Source: Macrostomum lignano
Lineage: Eukaryota
Assembly (NCBI GenBank): GCA_002269645.1
Contig: NIVC01003006.1
Span: forward strand, 61,969 to 125,968
Direction of reading: 5' to 3'
Length of the DNA: 64,000 bases
How positions within the stretch are numbered: position 1 is the first letter of the stretch; each line of letters opens with the position of its first letter. Of this stretch, positions 13,201 through 24,788 are shown piece after piece. The position numbers and the translations under genes are program-made. The notes below the pieces were generated by a model that saw only the letters and a list, made by a program, of their open reading frames with translations, was not told the origin of the DNA and did not search any database.

Positions 13201-15030
13201 CAATAACCCAATTGCAGGAGTACCGTTGGGCGTCCGATAGAACTGCTGATTTTTACCCCGGACACGTAAGTTTAAACCACACGTAATGAGATGAATTTTA
13301 CTAGCAAACTTGAAATCTTTCTACAATAATAATAATATTCCAAATTGACCGAAATATTCTTCCCATCATAATTTAGACCCGAAGAACAGGAAAGCGAAGA
13401 AGACACAGATCAACAACAGGAAGAACTCGAAGTATCTGCAAGCGAAATTTTCAATGATGCAGCGTAAGCAATGTTACATTTTTATCAGTTTGATAGAAGA
13501 AAGGACATACTAAAGAACAGTACACCATTTAAGAACTTTAAATACAATTGTGAAATTTTTGCCGGCTATTAAAGCAGTTATTTTATGGTTCATAATTCCC
13601 TAAAACTTATTATAAGGCAATGTCTGATCAACGTAACTAAAAAACCACACAGATCGCAACGCAGCAGATCAACATACAGATCTACCATGCATGCCGTGCG
13701 TCACGCTCCGATCCTCGTCTCCGATGGGTTAGTACACGTTGCCATACTTCAGGGGTCGGCAAACTGCGGAAAACTCCCACATACGGCCCGCGAAGCCTCT
13801 CTATCCGGCCCTCAGGTCCTTGGAAACTTCACAACAACATTGGGGCCAGGGGCGTAGCCAGGAATTTCTCACGGGGGGGATGCAAGGATATAAATGAGTA
13901 AAGCTGCTGCTACTTGTACAGCTTGCTGGCCCAATGACAGTTCACAAGAAAAGTGCCGTAAATCAAATATGTAGGTGATAGGTAGCTATGAACGGCCAGT
14001 CAAGTTTCTAATTCGATGAAAATCGCACAATTTAGTGAAAAAATAGAAAAAATTCTTTCTACTGAATGCTTGAGTAAATGAAAATCGTTTTTTACTTGCT
14101 GCACTAGCATGCACTATGCTTTCCAATGTATCAATTTTGAATACAAACCTTAGAGATTTAGTAATTTCTTACACCCACCAACCAGGCCCACGGGGGGGGG
14201 GATACATCCCCAAATCCCCCACCTTGACTACGCCACTGATTGGGGCCCGGCCCGTTCAAGGCTTATGATTCTTATTAGCTCTCTATTCTTCTTTCTCTCC
14301 TCTCCTCTCCCCTCTCATCTCTCCTCTCTCTGGCTCGCAGTCATGCGCTAGATTGTAAAGCTGGCCCTTTAAAAAGTTTAAAAAGTTTGTCGAGCCCTGC
14401 CATGCTTCCAACAGTGTATAAGCAGAAACTTTATTTGGAATTACGGGCGCCCGTAACTCTTAGGGGCGCCAATATTTGACGGGCGCCCGTCTCTTGGTCG
14501 GTTATAGAGATTTATTATTAGAACTGGATTTTGAATTCATGAATGCATTTATATGCTCGATTTCTTTGCAGAAATTTTATGCAAGAACCAGAACACGCGA
14601 ACCAAACAGGATCGCTGATATCCAGCCATCATCCCGTGTCTGTAGCTGAAAGGTTTGTCATCATTTTAACTTCTTTTTCAATAAGATTGGGTTTTTTATT
14701 TTCTTGCCACAAGTCTGGAACCCAGGTAAAATGTGGGCCGGGGCTGTACCAAAGCTTCTATTTTAAATGAGCAGACACACATGTAGCCCGAACTTGGACT
14801 TCAATACAGCAGCAGCAAAACCCAAGTTTAACCTAGGATTTGGCAGCGAACCATGAATTGGTTCTATCCCTCTCAAGAAAGCACTGCTCCTGCTACAGAA
14901 ATTACTAGAACTATGCATAGACTATAGGTGTGCAAACTATGGCTATTTTATAATTATCTACAGGGCCTCGACTGTGGCGTCGGCAAACCTAAGCGACATA
15001 AGGCACGATTCGCAGTCGATCGCATCCTAA
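7237..15030 (+). CDS. Large ankyrin-repeat protein, about 1,910 aa: giant exon 7217-12612 (two 1-bp frameshifts near 9358 and 12163) plus exons 13218-13265, 13377-13463, 13653-13727, 14572-14652 and 14964-stop 15030
   Basis: Continuous G-x-T-P/A-L-H/x ankyrin motifs across ORFs 7195-9363, 9489-12206 and 12203-12616. A -1 shift restores VEFLIEQGAEIDFPNRKGNTPIHLA and ANGRDEKGNTACMIA. TTGCAG acceptor at 7216 precedes ATG 7237. The apparent stop lies in donor AC|GTAAGA, and downstream GT-AG exons splice in frame. Confidence 0.85.
12702..13073 (+). mobile_element. tRNA-derived SINE, family A, in an ankyrin-gene intron
   Basis: Head GGGGCCGTAGCCCAGCGG (A box) and GGCTCGATTCC (B box), A-rich tail TAATAAAAA, TTTTACC on both flanks; near-identical inverted copy at 15622-15981. 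Confidence 0.85.
13750..14399. mobile_element. Non-autonomous hAT-type MITE
   Basis: Termini CAGGGGTCGGCAAACT and AGTTTGTCGAGCCCTG; 8-bp flanks CCATACTT and CCATGCTT (7/8 match). Confidence 0.8.
13847..14238. mobile_element. Second hAT-type MITE nested in the first
   Basis: Termini CAGGGGCGTAGCCAGG and CCTTGACTACGCCACTG; perfect 8-bp TSD ATTGGGGC at 13839-13846 and 14239-14246. Confidence 0.85.
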
Positions 15031-15127
15031 AGGTAAGATTACTATCCCTAATGAATACAAAGTCAAACTCTTACGTTAGTATGAAAATGTAGACTTACAC
15101 TCGCATGCTTTTTTCACCATTTTTCAG

Positions 15128-15170
15128 GACACAACCACAAATGATCAGCTGACTGATGAAGAATAAACAT
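15128..15170 (+). other. Probable terminal (3' UTR) exon of the ankyrin gene with polyadenylation signal
   Basis: Donor AAG|GTAAGA at 15033, acceptor TTTTCAG at 15127, AATAAA at 15162-15167. Confidence 0.55.
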
Positions 15171-15621
15171 TTGGAAATGCTTTGACTAAACTTTTCAAGC
15201 AGGAAATTGTCAAAATTAGCTATAGAAGTGTTGTTTGATTATTGATATCCCAAATGAACTTACTCGAAAAAAACATTTTGTAATTAGGTAAATTTCTACA
15301 GATTTTAGTAGGACCTGACAAACTAATTAATTATTAATAATTATATGGAATAACGCAAGATTGTTAAACAGATTAAATTATTAGTAGACCAAACTATTTC
15401 GAAATTTCTAAGCAAAATTGAGACCCACTAAATTTTTACTACGAAAAAACCGGAAGATTCCTCGATAAAGATAAACTTTGCTGTAGAATTCGGTAGTATA
15501 CAGACTTTAAAAGATATAGAAATACTTGCAAGTTGTACCCTACCCTTTCTCTCTATATAGGACAACTCTACCTGTGTAGTCTCCATTTTTATACTTCATT
15601 AGTTAATACATTATTTACATT

Positions 15622-15981
15622 TTTTTTATTAGAGGCAGGGGGGTTGTGTGCACCCTGGCGCACTTTAAGCGACATTGGCACACAACCGGCGAGAGGCATT
15701 ACTGCCCATTCCGCCGACTCCCCTGAGCAGGCATACAAGCGCGCGGATACGTACGCAGGCACACACTCACACAGGAGTGTACAGCGGCCCTAACTTTATA
15801 TTATCGTTAGGCATGTACACTTCACTGCGCCTTGGGGGGTTGACTCTCAAGGCCGTTAATTGCACGAGCAGAGCCAAGTCGAGATTCCAATTCAGCCCCA
15901 AATTAATGTGACTGCACTTGGAATCGAGCCTGGGTCGCTGGCACACCAGAGCAGCTGCGCTACCGCTGGGCTACGGCCCCC
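15622..15981 (-). mobile_element. tRNA-derived SINE, family A, second copy
   Basis: Reverse complement of 12702-13073; 13-bp TSD CATTATTTACATT at 15609-15621 and 15982-15994. Confidence 0.88.
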
Positions 15982-16678
15982 CATTATTTACATTATTAAA
16001 TTAGTTACATTAATTAATACATTATTACAATATTTATACCAAATCTATAATGGTGGTTGTTGTTGTGTGTCTATGTACGCTTTTTACACTAAACTATTTA
16101 ATGCACTAATAACACATTATATATTTAATCACGTTTTAAACAACACTTTATATAAAAGCTGATTTTCTCAATAATACGGATATAAAATGCTGATGTTTTC
16201 TTAACCGTCATAATTTGTCTTTTTGCACCGTTTTATCATTTTTAATAAGGAATCATTATACCTTTTTATTACCTACCAACACCATTCATACGGCCCATTA
16301 TTCGTTTCCCGCTTAGTTGGCCTACAAAAACGATAAATTTTCTGTCTATGACATGACAACTCTACTCTCCGTATGTGAATTCTCTACGTTTATAATTCAT
16401 ACGTTGTAGTGCACTATTATGATATTAATATCAAATATATAATATGGTTGTTGTTTTGTGTGCTTTTCCACTAAACTATTTAATCTATTAATATAACACA
16501 TTTACATCCTATATTTACCTTAATATACTCAATCACGTTTTAACAACAAATATACAAAACGACATGTATTCAAAACTGATTTATTGTTTGATAATAGCAA
16601 AATTAGGGATTTTTTCTACTGTTAAACTGTTTTTTTCTTTTTCTTCTTCTATTTCGAGCTTGGCTTTCAATTTGGCAG

Positions 16679-16960
16679 AATGCCGAAATTTCGGCAGGAT
16701 GGAGAATGGCTGGCGAAGGACTTCGCCATATAGAGAACCACGGCCGAGACGATAATACACAGATTGGGCACTAAAGACCTTGTTGCGTGGAGGCAACGAG
16801 GAGCCGCTGGAGACAAAATTTTACACCAGCAATGTTGATTGTTGAAGAGGAGAGGGACATTAAGGAGTGCATGAAGAAGAAGATGGAAGACGAAATTCCA
16901 GGTGCACCTGGAGTGTCGGTGCATCACAGATCCTAGAATAACTGGATGGGCCACTCGGGC
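16679..16960 (+). pseudogene. Possible degenerate IS630-Tc1-mariner transposase N-terminal HTH fragment
   Basis: Stop-interrupted frames read LAKDFAI*RTTAETIIHR and EERDIKECMKKKMEDEIPGAPGVS, loosely like Tc1/IS630 HTH regions; no TIRs found. Confidence 0.3.
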
Positions 16961-18049
16961 ATATACTTAGCAAAATAGCTTTCTACTTTCAGTTCAGTAG
17001 CAAAGAAGAATACATAAGCTATTTTATAAAAATAAAGGCAGCTGAAATGACTTTGATAAGTTTAGATTTTAGAATCCCAAGCTTGCAGGCGTAAACAACT
17101 TGCTAATTGGTTCAGTAATATAAGTACGTATGTACATTAGCCAGTCCACTGAAATGTACATGGCAGCTTTAAGCTGGAATTCCAAGAAAGGCAATTAAAA
17201 TTGGTGCAAGGCGGGGGTAGTTTCGAAAGGCTCGATTGGGGGTTTAAGCTGGTGGGTAAGAGCCAATAAATGAGCCTTGGCTTTAAAAAGCATTAAAATG
17301 CTTCTGTTTAATTTACTACTGAACTGAAAGTAGCTTACACGCAAATGTGCGTTTGCATCTGTGATCTGTGATTTGCATCTAGTTATTCTAGCATCTGTGA
17401 TGCAGACAGACAAGCAGCCGTCACCTCCACAGTTGACCATATTAGATAAATACCAAAATTCAAGTCACTTAAATTTGCCAAAAGTCTTAGATTTAAAAAA
17501 GTTATATACTTATGGCGTTATGCCATTTTGAAGGAAAAGTTTAGAGAAAACCGATATGCATTTATTTATTTAGTCAGCACACCAAATCATGCGCAAACCA
17601 ATAAATGGATAGCCTAAAGCCCAGCATGATTAAGTCAAAAAGTCAAATTTATTATTAGTAATATATATTACTGGAGATAGGGGCGTACCCCTACACGCAG
17701 TGGCTAACAGTTGGATTCACTGGAAGCCGAGAATTGCAATACATCAACTAAAACACTGAAAGTGGTGAGATGATCAAGGCCAGCAAGAGTCAGTTCCAGG
17801 TGCCAAACAGTCTACAACATGCGCAATTGAATTATGAGTAAAAGACTGAATCTGAAATTGCTGATTGAAAAAAGACGCGGAATACAATAGTCAAAGCGAA
17901 ACCATCACGATACAGAATACGATACCAACTATGAATTATCTTGGCAGACAGGCAGAAATTAATTTTTCGTTAGGCATTAATAAAGATGAGAAAAAATGGG
18001 AGAAAATGCACTAAAACCGAGAGACGAATTAATGAGCTAGCTTAGTTAA

Positions 18050-21000
18050 TCAGTTGTTATCATCGTCTGAGCTGTCCAGACTGATAACTATTGGCTCTGA
18101 GGGTCTTGGGGCAGCAGGGGCAGGCGGAGGAGGTTGGGGCTGCTGCGGCTGCTGAGCATTCGAAGGCGAGGCCGCCGCGTTCGCTGCAGCCGCCGGCGTT
18201 GCCGCCGCTACCGCCGCCCCATCGCCGTCCGTCAACTCATCGTCGCTCTCCGTCAGATCAAAATGATTGACAGTGGCGGCTGCCGCCCTTCCATTCTGAG
18301 TCTCCGATCCAGCAGCAGCCGTGGCAGATGCCGAAGCAGCTGACGGATCCGACGCAGTCGACTTGGCCGCGGCGCCGCTGTCGGCCGCTGGATGGTCAGC
18401 CGAGTCGCGATCGACGGCTGCCGACCAGCTGCCGTCTGGCAGGAACTGCAGCCGCTCCAGCTCGGAGCTGGTCGGGCTGGACAGAACCTCCTGGCGAGCG
18501 AGTTGGGAAGTCGTGCAGAATTATCTGACTTCAACTCGCTTTCAATCGTTTCTTCTGATACTCTAATGCCATCTGGGGGATGCTTGCTATCTGGGGGATG
18601 CTTGCTATTTGGGGGATGCTTGCTGTCTGGGGGATGCTTACTATCTGGGGGATGCTTGCTATCTGGGGGATGCTTGCTATCTGGGGGATGCTTGCCATCT
18701 GGGGGATGCTTACTATCTGGGGGATGCTTGCTATCTGGGGGATGCTTGCTATCTGGGGGATGCTTGCCATCTGGGGGATGCTTGCCATCTGGGGGATGCT
18801 TGCCATCTGGGGGATGCTTGCTATTTGGGGGATGCTTGCCATCTGGGGGATGCTTGCCATCTGGGGGATGCTTGCTATCTGGGGGATGCTTGCTATTTGG
18901 GGGATGCTTGCCATCTGGGGGATGCTTGCCATCTGGGGGATGCTTGCCATCTGGGGGATGCTTGCCATCTGGGGGATGCTTGCTATCTGGGGGATGCTTG
19001 CTATTTGGGGGATGCTTGCCATCTGGGGGATGCTTGCCATCTGGGGGATGCTTGCCATCTGGGGGATGCTTGCCATCTGGGGGATGCTTGCTATCTGGGG
19101 GATGCTTGCTATTTGGGGATCGATGCTTGAATGCTGTCTGGGGATGCTTGCTGTCTTGGGATGTTTTGTTTTTAGAGGGAATGTCTTGTTTTTTATGAAG
19201 GCTTTATTTCGCTGTCTATTTGTTATTTGTAAAGAACAAAGATTCTATCCAGATGCGCCCCATCGGGGGGCGAAGATTGCTTGTCTGATACTCTAATTGA
19301 GACTAAATTGGATTCATAGATTGAGTCTTCATCAGATGACAAAGACCTCATTCGTCTACGTCTGCCAACTGAATTTTTTATTGTAGATTCCGTACCTTCA
19401 GCCTTCTTGTCAATGACGACTCGGACTTGAATTTATAGGACTACAGAAAGGAGCGATTACCTAGTTACATAGACCAAGAAGCCTCAATGCAGTCAGTGCA
19501 GGTAACAGAGGTAAAATAGGATAGAAGTGACTCTTAGACGACTCTAAAACAACCAGATGTCAAGGCACAAGTCGCCAGAGTCGCATAAGAGTCAATTTGA
19601 CTCTGAGGCGTTCTTTCTGAATATAGCTGTCGCTCTCTAGAATCACTGAGTTGGCTCTTGGAGTCGCTTTAGTCGTTAAAAAGCAACAAGAGTCGCCCCA
19701 AAGTCGCTAGTGAGTTGTTTGAAATGACTCTTTTATCGATTCTTGTCACGGTAACAAGTTCAACGGGGTGCCTTCAACTCTTTTCAGTGCTGTTCGTGTC
19801 TACTGAGAAACTCTTGAACTTTCTATCCAATGTAATAAGTGTTGCAACTATCGCTGATATAATTACCTGAAAATAAGCATCAATATAGAGCTGGCCATAG
19901 GGCGACGGCTGGTCACAGAACGGGCACTTCCACACGGGCTTCTTGGCATTCATAGCCAAGTAGGAGTAGGCATCGAAGCACTGCACATGAGAGCAGGCCT
20001 CCGACCGCATTGGCGTGCTCATGCGCATCTTGCCCAGCGGGCACTTCAACGAAGCCACCAGCTCAGTGACGGCCAGCTCGCAGTCGGACGGGCTCAGCTT
20101 CTCACGGATCATTGTTCGAGTGAAATCGGCCGCGCGAATGCCGCGATCCCGAATCCGATCGATCAGGTCAACCGGGGTCAGGGCGCGGACCAGACAGATC
20201 TTCCGGGGTTTTATTGTTTTGTATATGAAATATGAATGTAATAACTATTACACAATAAAATAATAATAATAATTGATGACACGGCCCAAATTGGACCAGA
20301 TGTGCAACCAACAACTCAGCCGCAGCTATTGGGCGGCGCATCTAAAGGCTGCGTACGGCTGTTCAGTCCAAGGACTGGGGGGGGGGGGGGGTCGCCACAC
20401 ACTCTCATTTACCCCAGCTAATGCTGGCACCCATTTTACAGCTGGGTGAACTGAAGCAATGCAGAGTTAAGTGTCTTGCTGAAGGACACAAATTGTTCCG
20501 AGTGGGATCGGGAATCGAACCCCCGACCTTCAAGTTGTGGGTCCGACGCTCTGACCACTAGGCTACAACCCCCGATAAAAGAAACATCAAGAAGAACATG
20601 GCCGGGTGAGGGGTCACTGCTCTCCTACAGACATTTGATGAGATTATACTATATATCTTAACTGCAATAGGGAAGCCTTCCAAGACAGGTCAATGGGAGG
20701 AGGGTCGTTGGCCCATCCCCACGACAAAACGATAGTTGCCTAGTGGGAACAAAAACGATTTCGCGTCAAAGATCCTGGGTTTGATTCCGCACACGCTCAC
20801 AATAATTAGGAGTTTGTAAATGCTAATTAGTCTATTATTTAGTAGGCAAGGCGGGTGGGCTATTTAGCTGCGTACTAACCACAGCCTACTGTGCTTAACT
20901 TGCAGCGCTAATGTCCAATGTGGAGGGTGGCTAGCGGACAATGACTAGCAAGAGTTTTATCGAAAGATTTGAAATTCGAAATAATGACTCACCTGTACAC

Positions 21001-24000
21001 AGTAACTAGCAGTAGAATCGTAATTATATCCCATCTGGAGTAGATTTGGCGTCTTAGGACTCAGCCGGCAGAGCGGTGTTAAATTAATTGGCCGGCCGGG
21101 CCGCTGCGGCTCAGCGTTGGGCTTGTTGGTGGGGATGACGGCAGGCAGGGTGACCGGCTGCTTGTTCACTCGGCAGGAGACGCCGGTTGGAAACACGTCC
21201 GACTGGGGACCGGGCTGGATCTTCAGGCAGCGCAACTGCACCTGCGGTATTGATTTTCTTCTATGGTAAATTAACGATTATTAATGATGCTCAGTCATAA
21301 AGATGAGTCACCCGAGGCCAAAACAATCAGACTATCATGTTGGTAATTCAGCCCTGTCAGTTCAACTCTTACCAATTCATGTTGGTAACTCAGCCCTGTC
21401 AGTTAAACTCTTACCAATTCATGTTGGTAATTCAGCCCTGTCAGTTAAACTCTTACCAATTCATGTTGGTAATTCAGCCCTGTCAGTTCAACTCTTACCA
21501 ATTCATGTTGGTAATTCAGCCCTGTCAATTCATCTCTTACCAATTCATGTTGGTAATTCAGCCCTGTCAGTTCAACTCTTACCAATTCATGTTGGTAATT
21601 CAGCCCTGTCAGTTCAACTCTTACCAATTCATGTTGGTAATTCAGCCCTGTCAGTTCAACTCTTACCAATTCATGTTGGTAATTCAGCCCTGTCAGTTCA
21701 ACTCTTACCAATTCATGTTGGTAATTCAGCCCTGTCAATTCATCTCTTACCAATACATGTTGGTAATTCAGCCCTGTCAGTTCAACTCTTACCAATTCAT
21801 GTTGGTAATTCAGCCCTGTCAGTTCAACTCTTACCAATTCATGTTGGTAATTCAGCCCTGTCAGTTCAACTCTTACCAATTCATGTTGGTAATTCAGCCC
21901 TGTCAGTTCAACTCTTACCAATTCATGTTGGTAATTCAGCCCTGTCAATTCATCTCTTACCAATTCATGTTGGTAATTCAGCCCTGTCAATTCATCTCTT
22001 ACCAATTCATGTTGGTAATTCAGCCCTGTCAGTTCAACTCTTACCAATTCATGTTGGTAATTCAGCCCTGTCAATTCATCTCTTACCAATTCATGTTGGT
22101 AATTCAGCCCTGTCAGTTCAACTCTTACCAATTCATGTTGGTAATTCAGCCCTGTCAATTCAACTCTTACCAATACATGTTGGTAATTCAGCCCTGTCAG
22201 TTCAACTCTTACCAATTCATGTTGGTAATTCAGCCCTGTCAGTTCAACTCTTACCAATTCATGTTGGTAATTCAGCCCTGTCAGTTCAACTCTTACCAAT
22301 TCATGTTGGTAATTCAGCCCTGTCAGTTCAACTCTTACCAATTCATGTTGGTAATTCAGCCCTGTCAATTCATCTCTTACCAATTCATGTTGGTAATTCA
22401 GCCCTGTCAGTTCAACTCTTACCAATTCATGTTGGTAATTCAGCCCTGTCAATTCAACTCTTACCAATACATGTTGGTAATTCAGCCCTGTCAGTTCAAC
22501 TCTTTACCAATTCATGTTGGTAATTCAGCCCTGTCAATTCATATCTTACCAATTTATGTTGGTAATTCAGCCCTGTCAATTCATCTATTACCAATTTATG
22601 TTGGTAATTCAGCCCTGTCAGTTCAACTCTTTACCAATTCATGTTGGTAATTCAGCCCTGTCAATTCATATCTTACCAATTCATGTTGGTAATTCAGCCC
22701 TGTCAGTTCAACTCTTACCAATTCATGTTGGTAATTCAGCCCTGTCAATTCATCTCTTACCAATTCATGTTGGTAATTCAGCCCTGTCAATTCATCTCTT
22801 ACCAATTCATGTTGGTAATTCAGCCCTGTCAGTTCAACTCTTACCAATTCATGTTGGTAATTCAGCCCTGTCAATTCATCTCTTACCAATTCATGTTGGT
22901 AATTCAGCCCTGTCAGTTCAACTCTTACCAATTCATGTTGGTAATTCAGCCCTGTCAATTCATATCTTACCAATTCATGATGGTAATCTGGGTGAATACA
23001 GCTGGGTGAACTGAAGCAATGCAGAGTTGTGTCTTGCTCAAGGACACAAATTGTTCCGAGTGAGTCAAGAATCGAACCCCTGACCTTCAAGTCGTGAGTT
23101 CGACGCTCTGACCACTAGGCTACAAACTAGGCTTTCAACTCTTACCAATTCATCTTATTAACATTCTTAATGAGCATTAACGCAACTTACCTGCACAGGA
23201 TACTCAATTCGATTAGTGCTGTCATTTATATACCGATTCATAGTGACCTGGTTGACCTGTTGCAGAGTTAAGTAGAATACGCAGTGCTGCTCTTGGGCTC
23301 GCTGGGTTAAGTTGGTTATCTGGGGGTATATTTGTATAGGGAGGGGTGCACTTTATTATTTAAAACCTAAAATTTCGAAATGCCTATGCTTTTAATAGAA
23401 AGCCTAGAAGGATTAGGTGTAAAACTATCCTCTCTCCTCTTCTCTTCTCTCCTCCCCCCCCCCTATCTCTCTCCTCTCTGCCCTCCTCTGACCTGCAGCT
23501 AGGTTCTCTGTCTGGTCCTTGAAGTAAAAAGTTACTCAACTGAGCTATGAACAAACTTACAGTAGAAGTAAAAGAATATTGCAAGTATATAACTAATTGT
23601 TTAGCCTGCCTAAATAGAGCCTAAAAGCTTGTCCCCAGCATGCTAAATTAAAGAAAAATATCTGCAGTACGCCCCAATCTTTACCTGCAGACTGGTTGGC
23701 GGCATTATTGTCTCCAAGACGTCGTAGAATGGCATCAAATTGGCATCGGCGTTGTCGGCCTGCACTGGTGGATGATGCGGCAGGTTGCTGGGCGCCGGCG
23801 GCAGCGGCAGGCCGTTGGCGGTCAGCTGGCCCAACATGGCGGCGGCTGGCGGCCGCTGCTGGACTGGAGCGGCAACTACAGAGGATTCGGGGTTGGGTGT
23901 GATTGCCAGGTATGAGATTATTTCAGCCTGGGACGTCCGGAGTAGGTATAGGGTGCTTAGTTCCATACAGGAACAGGTGAGGAAGGGGTATTCTATTCAG

Positions 24001-24788
24001 TAAAATGACAAGAACAGGTGTGGAAGGGGTATTCTATTCAGTAAAAGGACAAGAACAGGTGTGGAAGGGGTATTCTACTCAGTAAAAGGACAAGAACAGG
24101 TGTGGAAGGGGTATTTTATTCAGTAAAAGGACAAGAACAGGTGTGGAAGGGGTATTCTATTCAGTAAAAGGACAAGAACAGGTGTGGAAGGGGTATTTTA
24201 TTCAGTAAAAGGACAAGAACAGGTGTGGAAGGGGTATTCTATTCAGTAAAAGGACAAGAACAGGTGTGAAGGGGGTATTTTATTCAGTAAAAGGACAAGA
24301 ACAGGTGTGGAAGGGGTATTCTACTCAGTAAAATGACAAGAACAGGTGTGGAAGGGGTATTCTACTCAGTAAAAGGACAAGAAAAGGTGTGGAAGGGGGT
24401 ATTTTATTCAGTAAAAGGACAAGAACAGGTGTGGAAGGTGGTATTTTATTCAGTAAAAGGACAAGAACAGGTGTGGAAGGGGGTATTTTATTCAGTAAAA
24501 GGACAAGAACAGGTGTGGAAGGTGGTATTTTATTCAGTAAAAGGACAAGAACAGGTGTGGAAGGGGTATTTAATCAAAGGATAGACAGGTAGAATGCTAA
24601 ATTTGCTGCAGCATAGTAATGAATAGATGGCAAGTGGTTGTTAATTAGAATCAGAATAGTATTTGACATTAAAAGCAAACAACAAAGCTAGCTTACTTAC
24701 TAGGTTGAATGGTGGGAGGGTTAACAAGTCTAAGTGAATTGGTAGGTCTTGGCGCAATATTGCTAAAAGAAACACCAGAAGCTGCCAT
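18050..24788 (-). CDS. PIAS: PIAS-family SUMO E3 ligase: exons 24788-24701, 23875-23685, 23319-23191, 21241-20993, 20199-19867, 18490-18050 (476 aa from ATG 24788; further 5' exons possible)
   Basis: PFYDVLETIMPPTSL and RPINLT (PINIT domain); SP-RING SLKCPLGKMRM..CSHVQCFDA..WKCPFC; LQFLPDGSW; SIM-like HFDLTESDDE and IVISLDSSDDD. All junctions are GT-AG and phase-compatible. Confidence 0.92.
18568..19150. repeat. 18-bp minisatellite (GCYATCTGGGGGATGCTT), about 31 copies, in the last PIAS intron
   Basis: Direct tandem units; source of the MASIPQ and PSGGCL pseudo-ORFs. Confidence 0.95.
20262..20573 (-). mobile_element. tRNA-derived SINE, family B, with CORE-like central domain
   Basis: Minus strand reads GTAGCCTAGTGG (A box), GGTTCGATTCC (B box), then TGTGTCCTTCAGCAAGACACTTAACT..CAGCTGTAAAATGGG resembling the CORE domain; (ATT)n tail. 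Confidence 0.8.
21335..22980. repeat. 42-bp minisatellite (CATGTTGGTAATTCAGCCCTGTCAGTTCAACTCTTACCAATT), about 39 copies, in a PIAS intron
   Basis: Direct tandem units; 14-aa periodic pseudo-ORFs. Confidence 0.97.
22997..23124 (-). mobile_element. 3'-truncated copy of SINE family B
   Basis: Closely matches 20440-20570 (tRNA head plus CORE-like part). Confidence 0.8.
23975..24575. repeat. 41-42-bp minisatellite (GGAAGGGGTATTYTATTCAGTAAAAGGACAAGAACAGGTGT) in a PIAS intron
   Basis: Direct tandem units, about 14 copies. Confidence 0.95.

Noticed and set aside
18392-19296. ORFs of PSGGCL, MLAIWG and MASIPQ repeats as structural proteins
   Set aside because: Open in several frames on both strands; artefact of an 18-bp intronic array.
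21303-23090. 400-aa repetitive ORFs and CRISPR-like regularity
   Set aside because: Head-to-tail 42-bp units without unique spacers, no cas genes, and located in a PIAS intron; the ORFs are open only because the unit is a multiple of 3.
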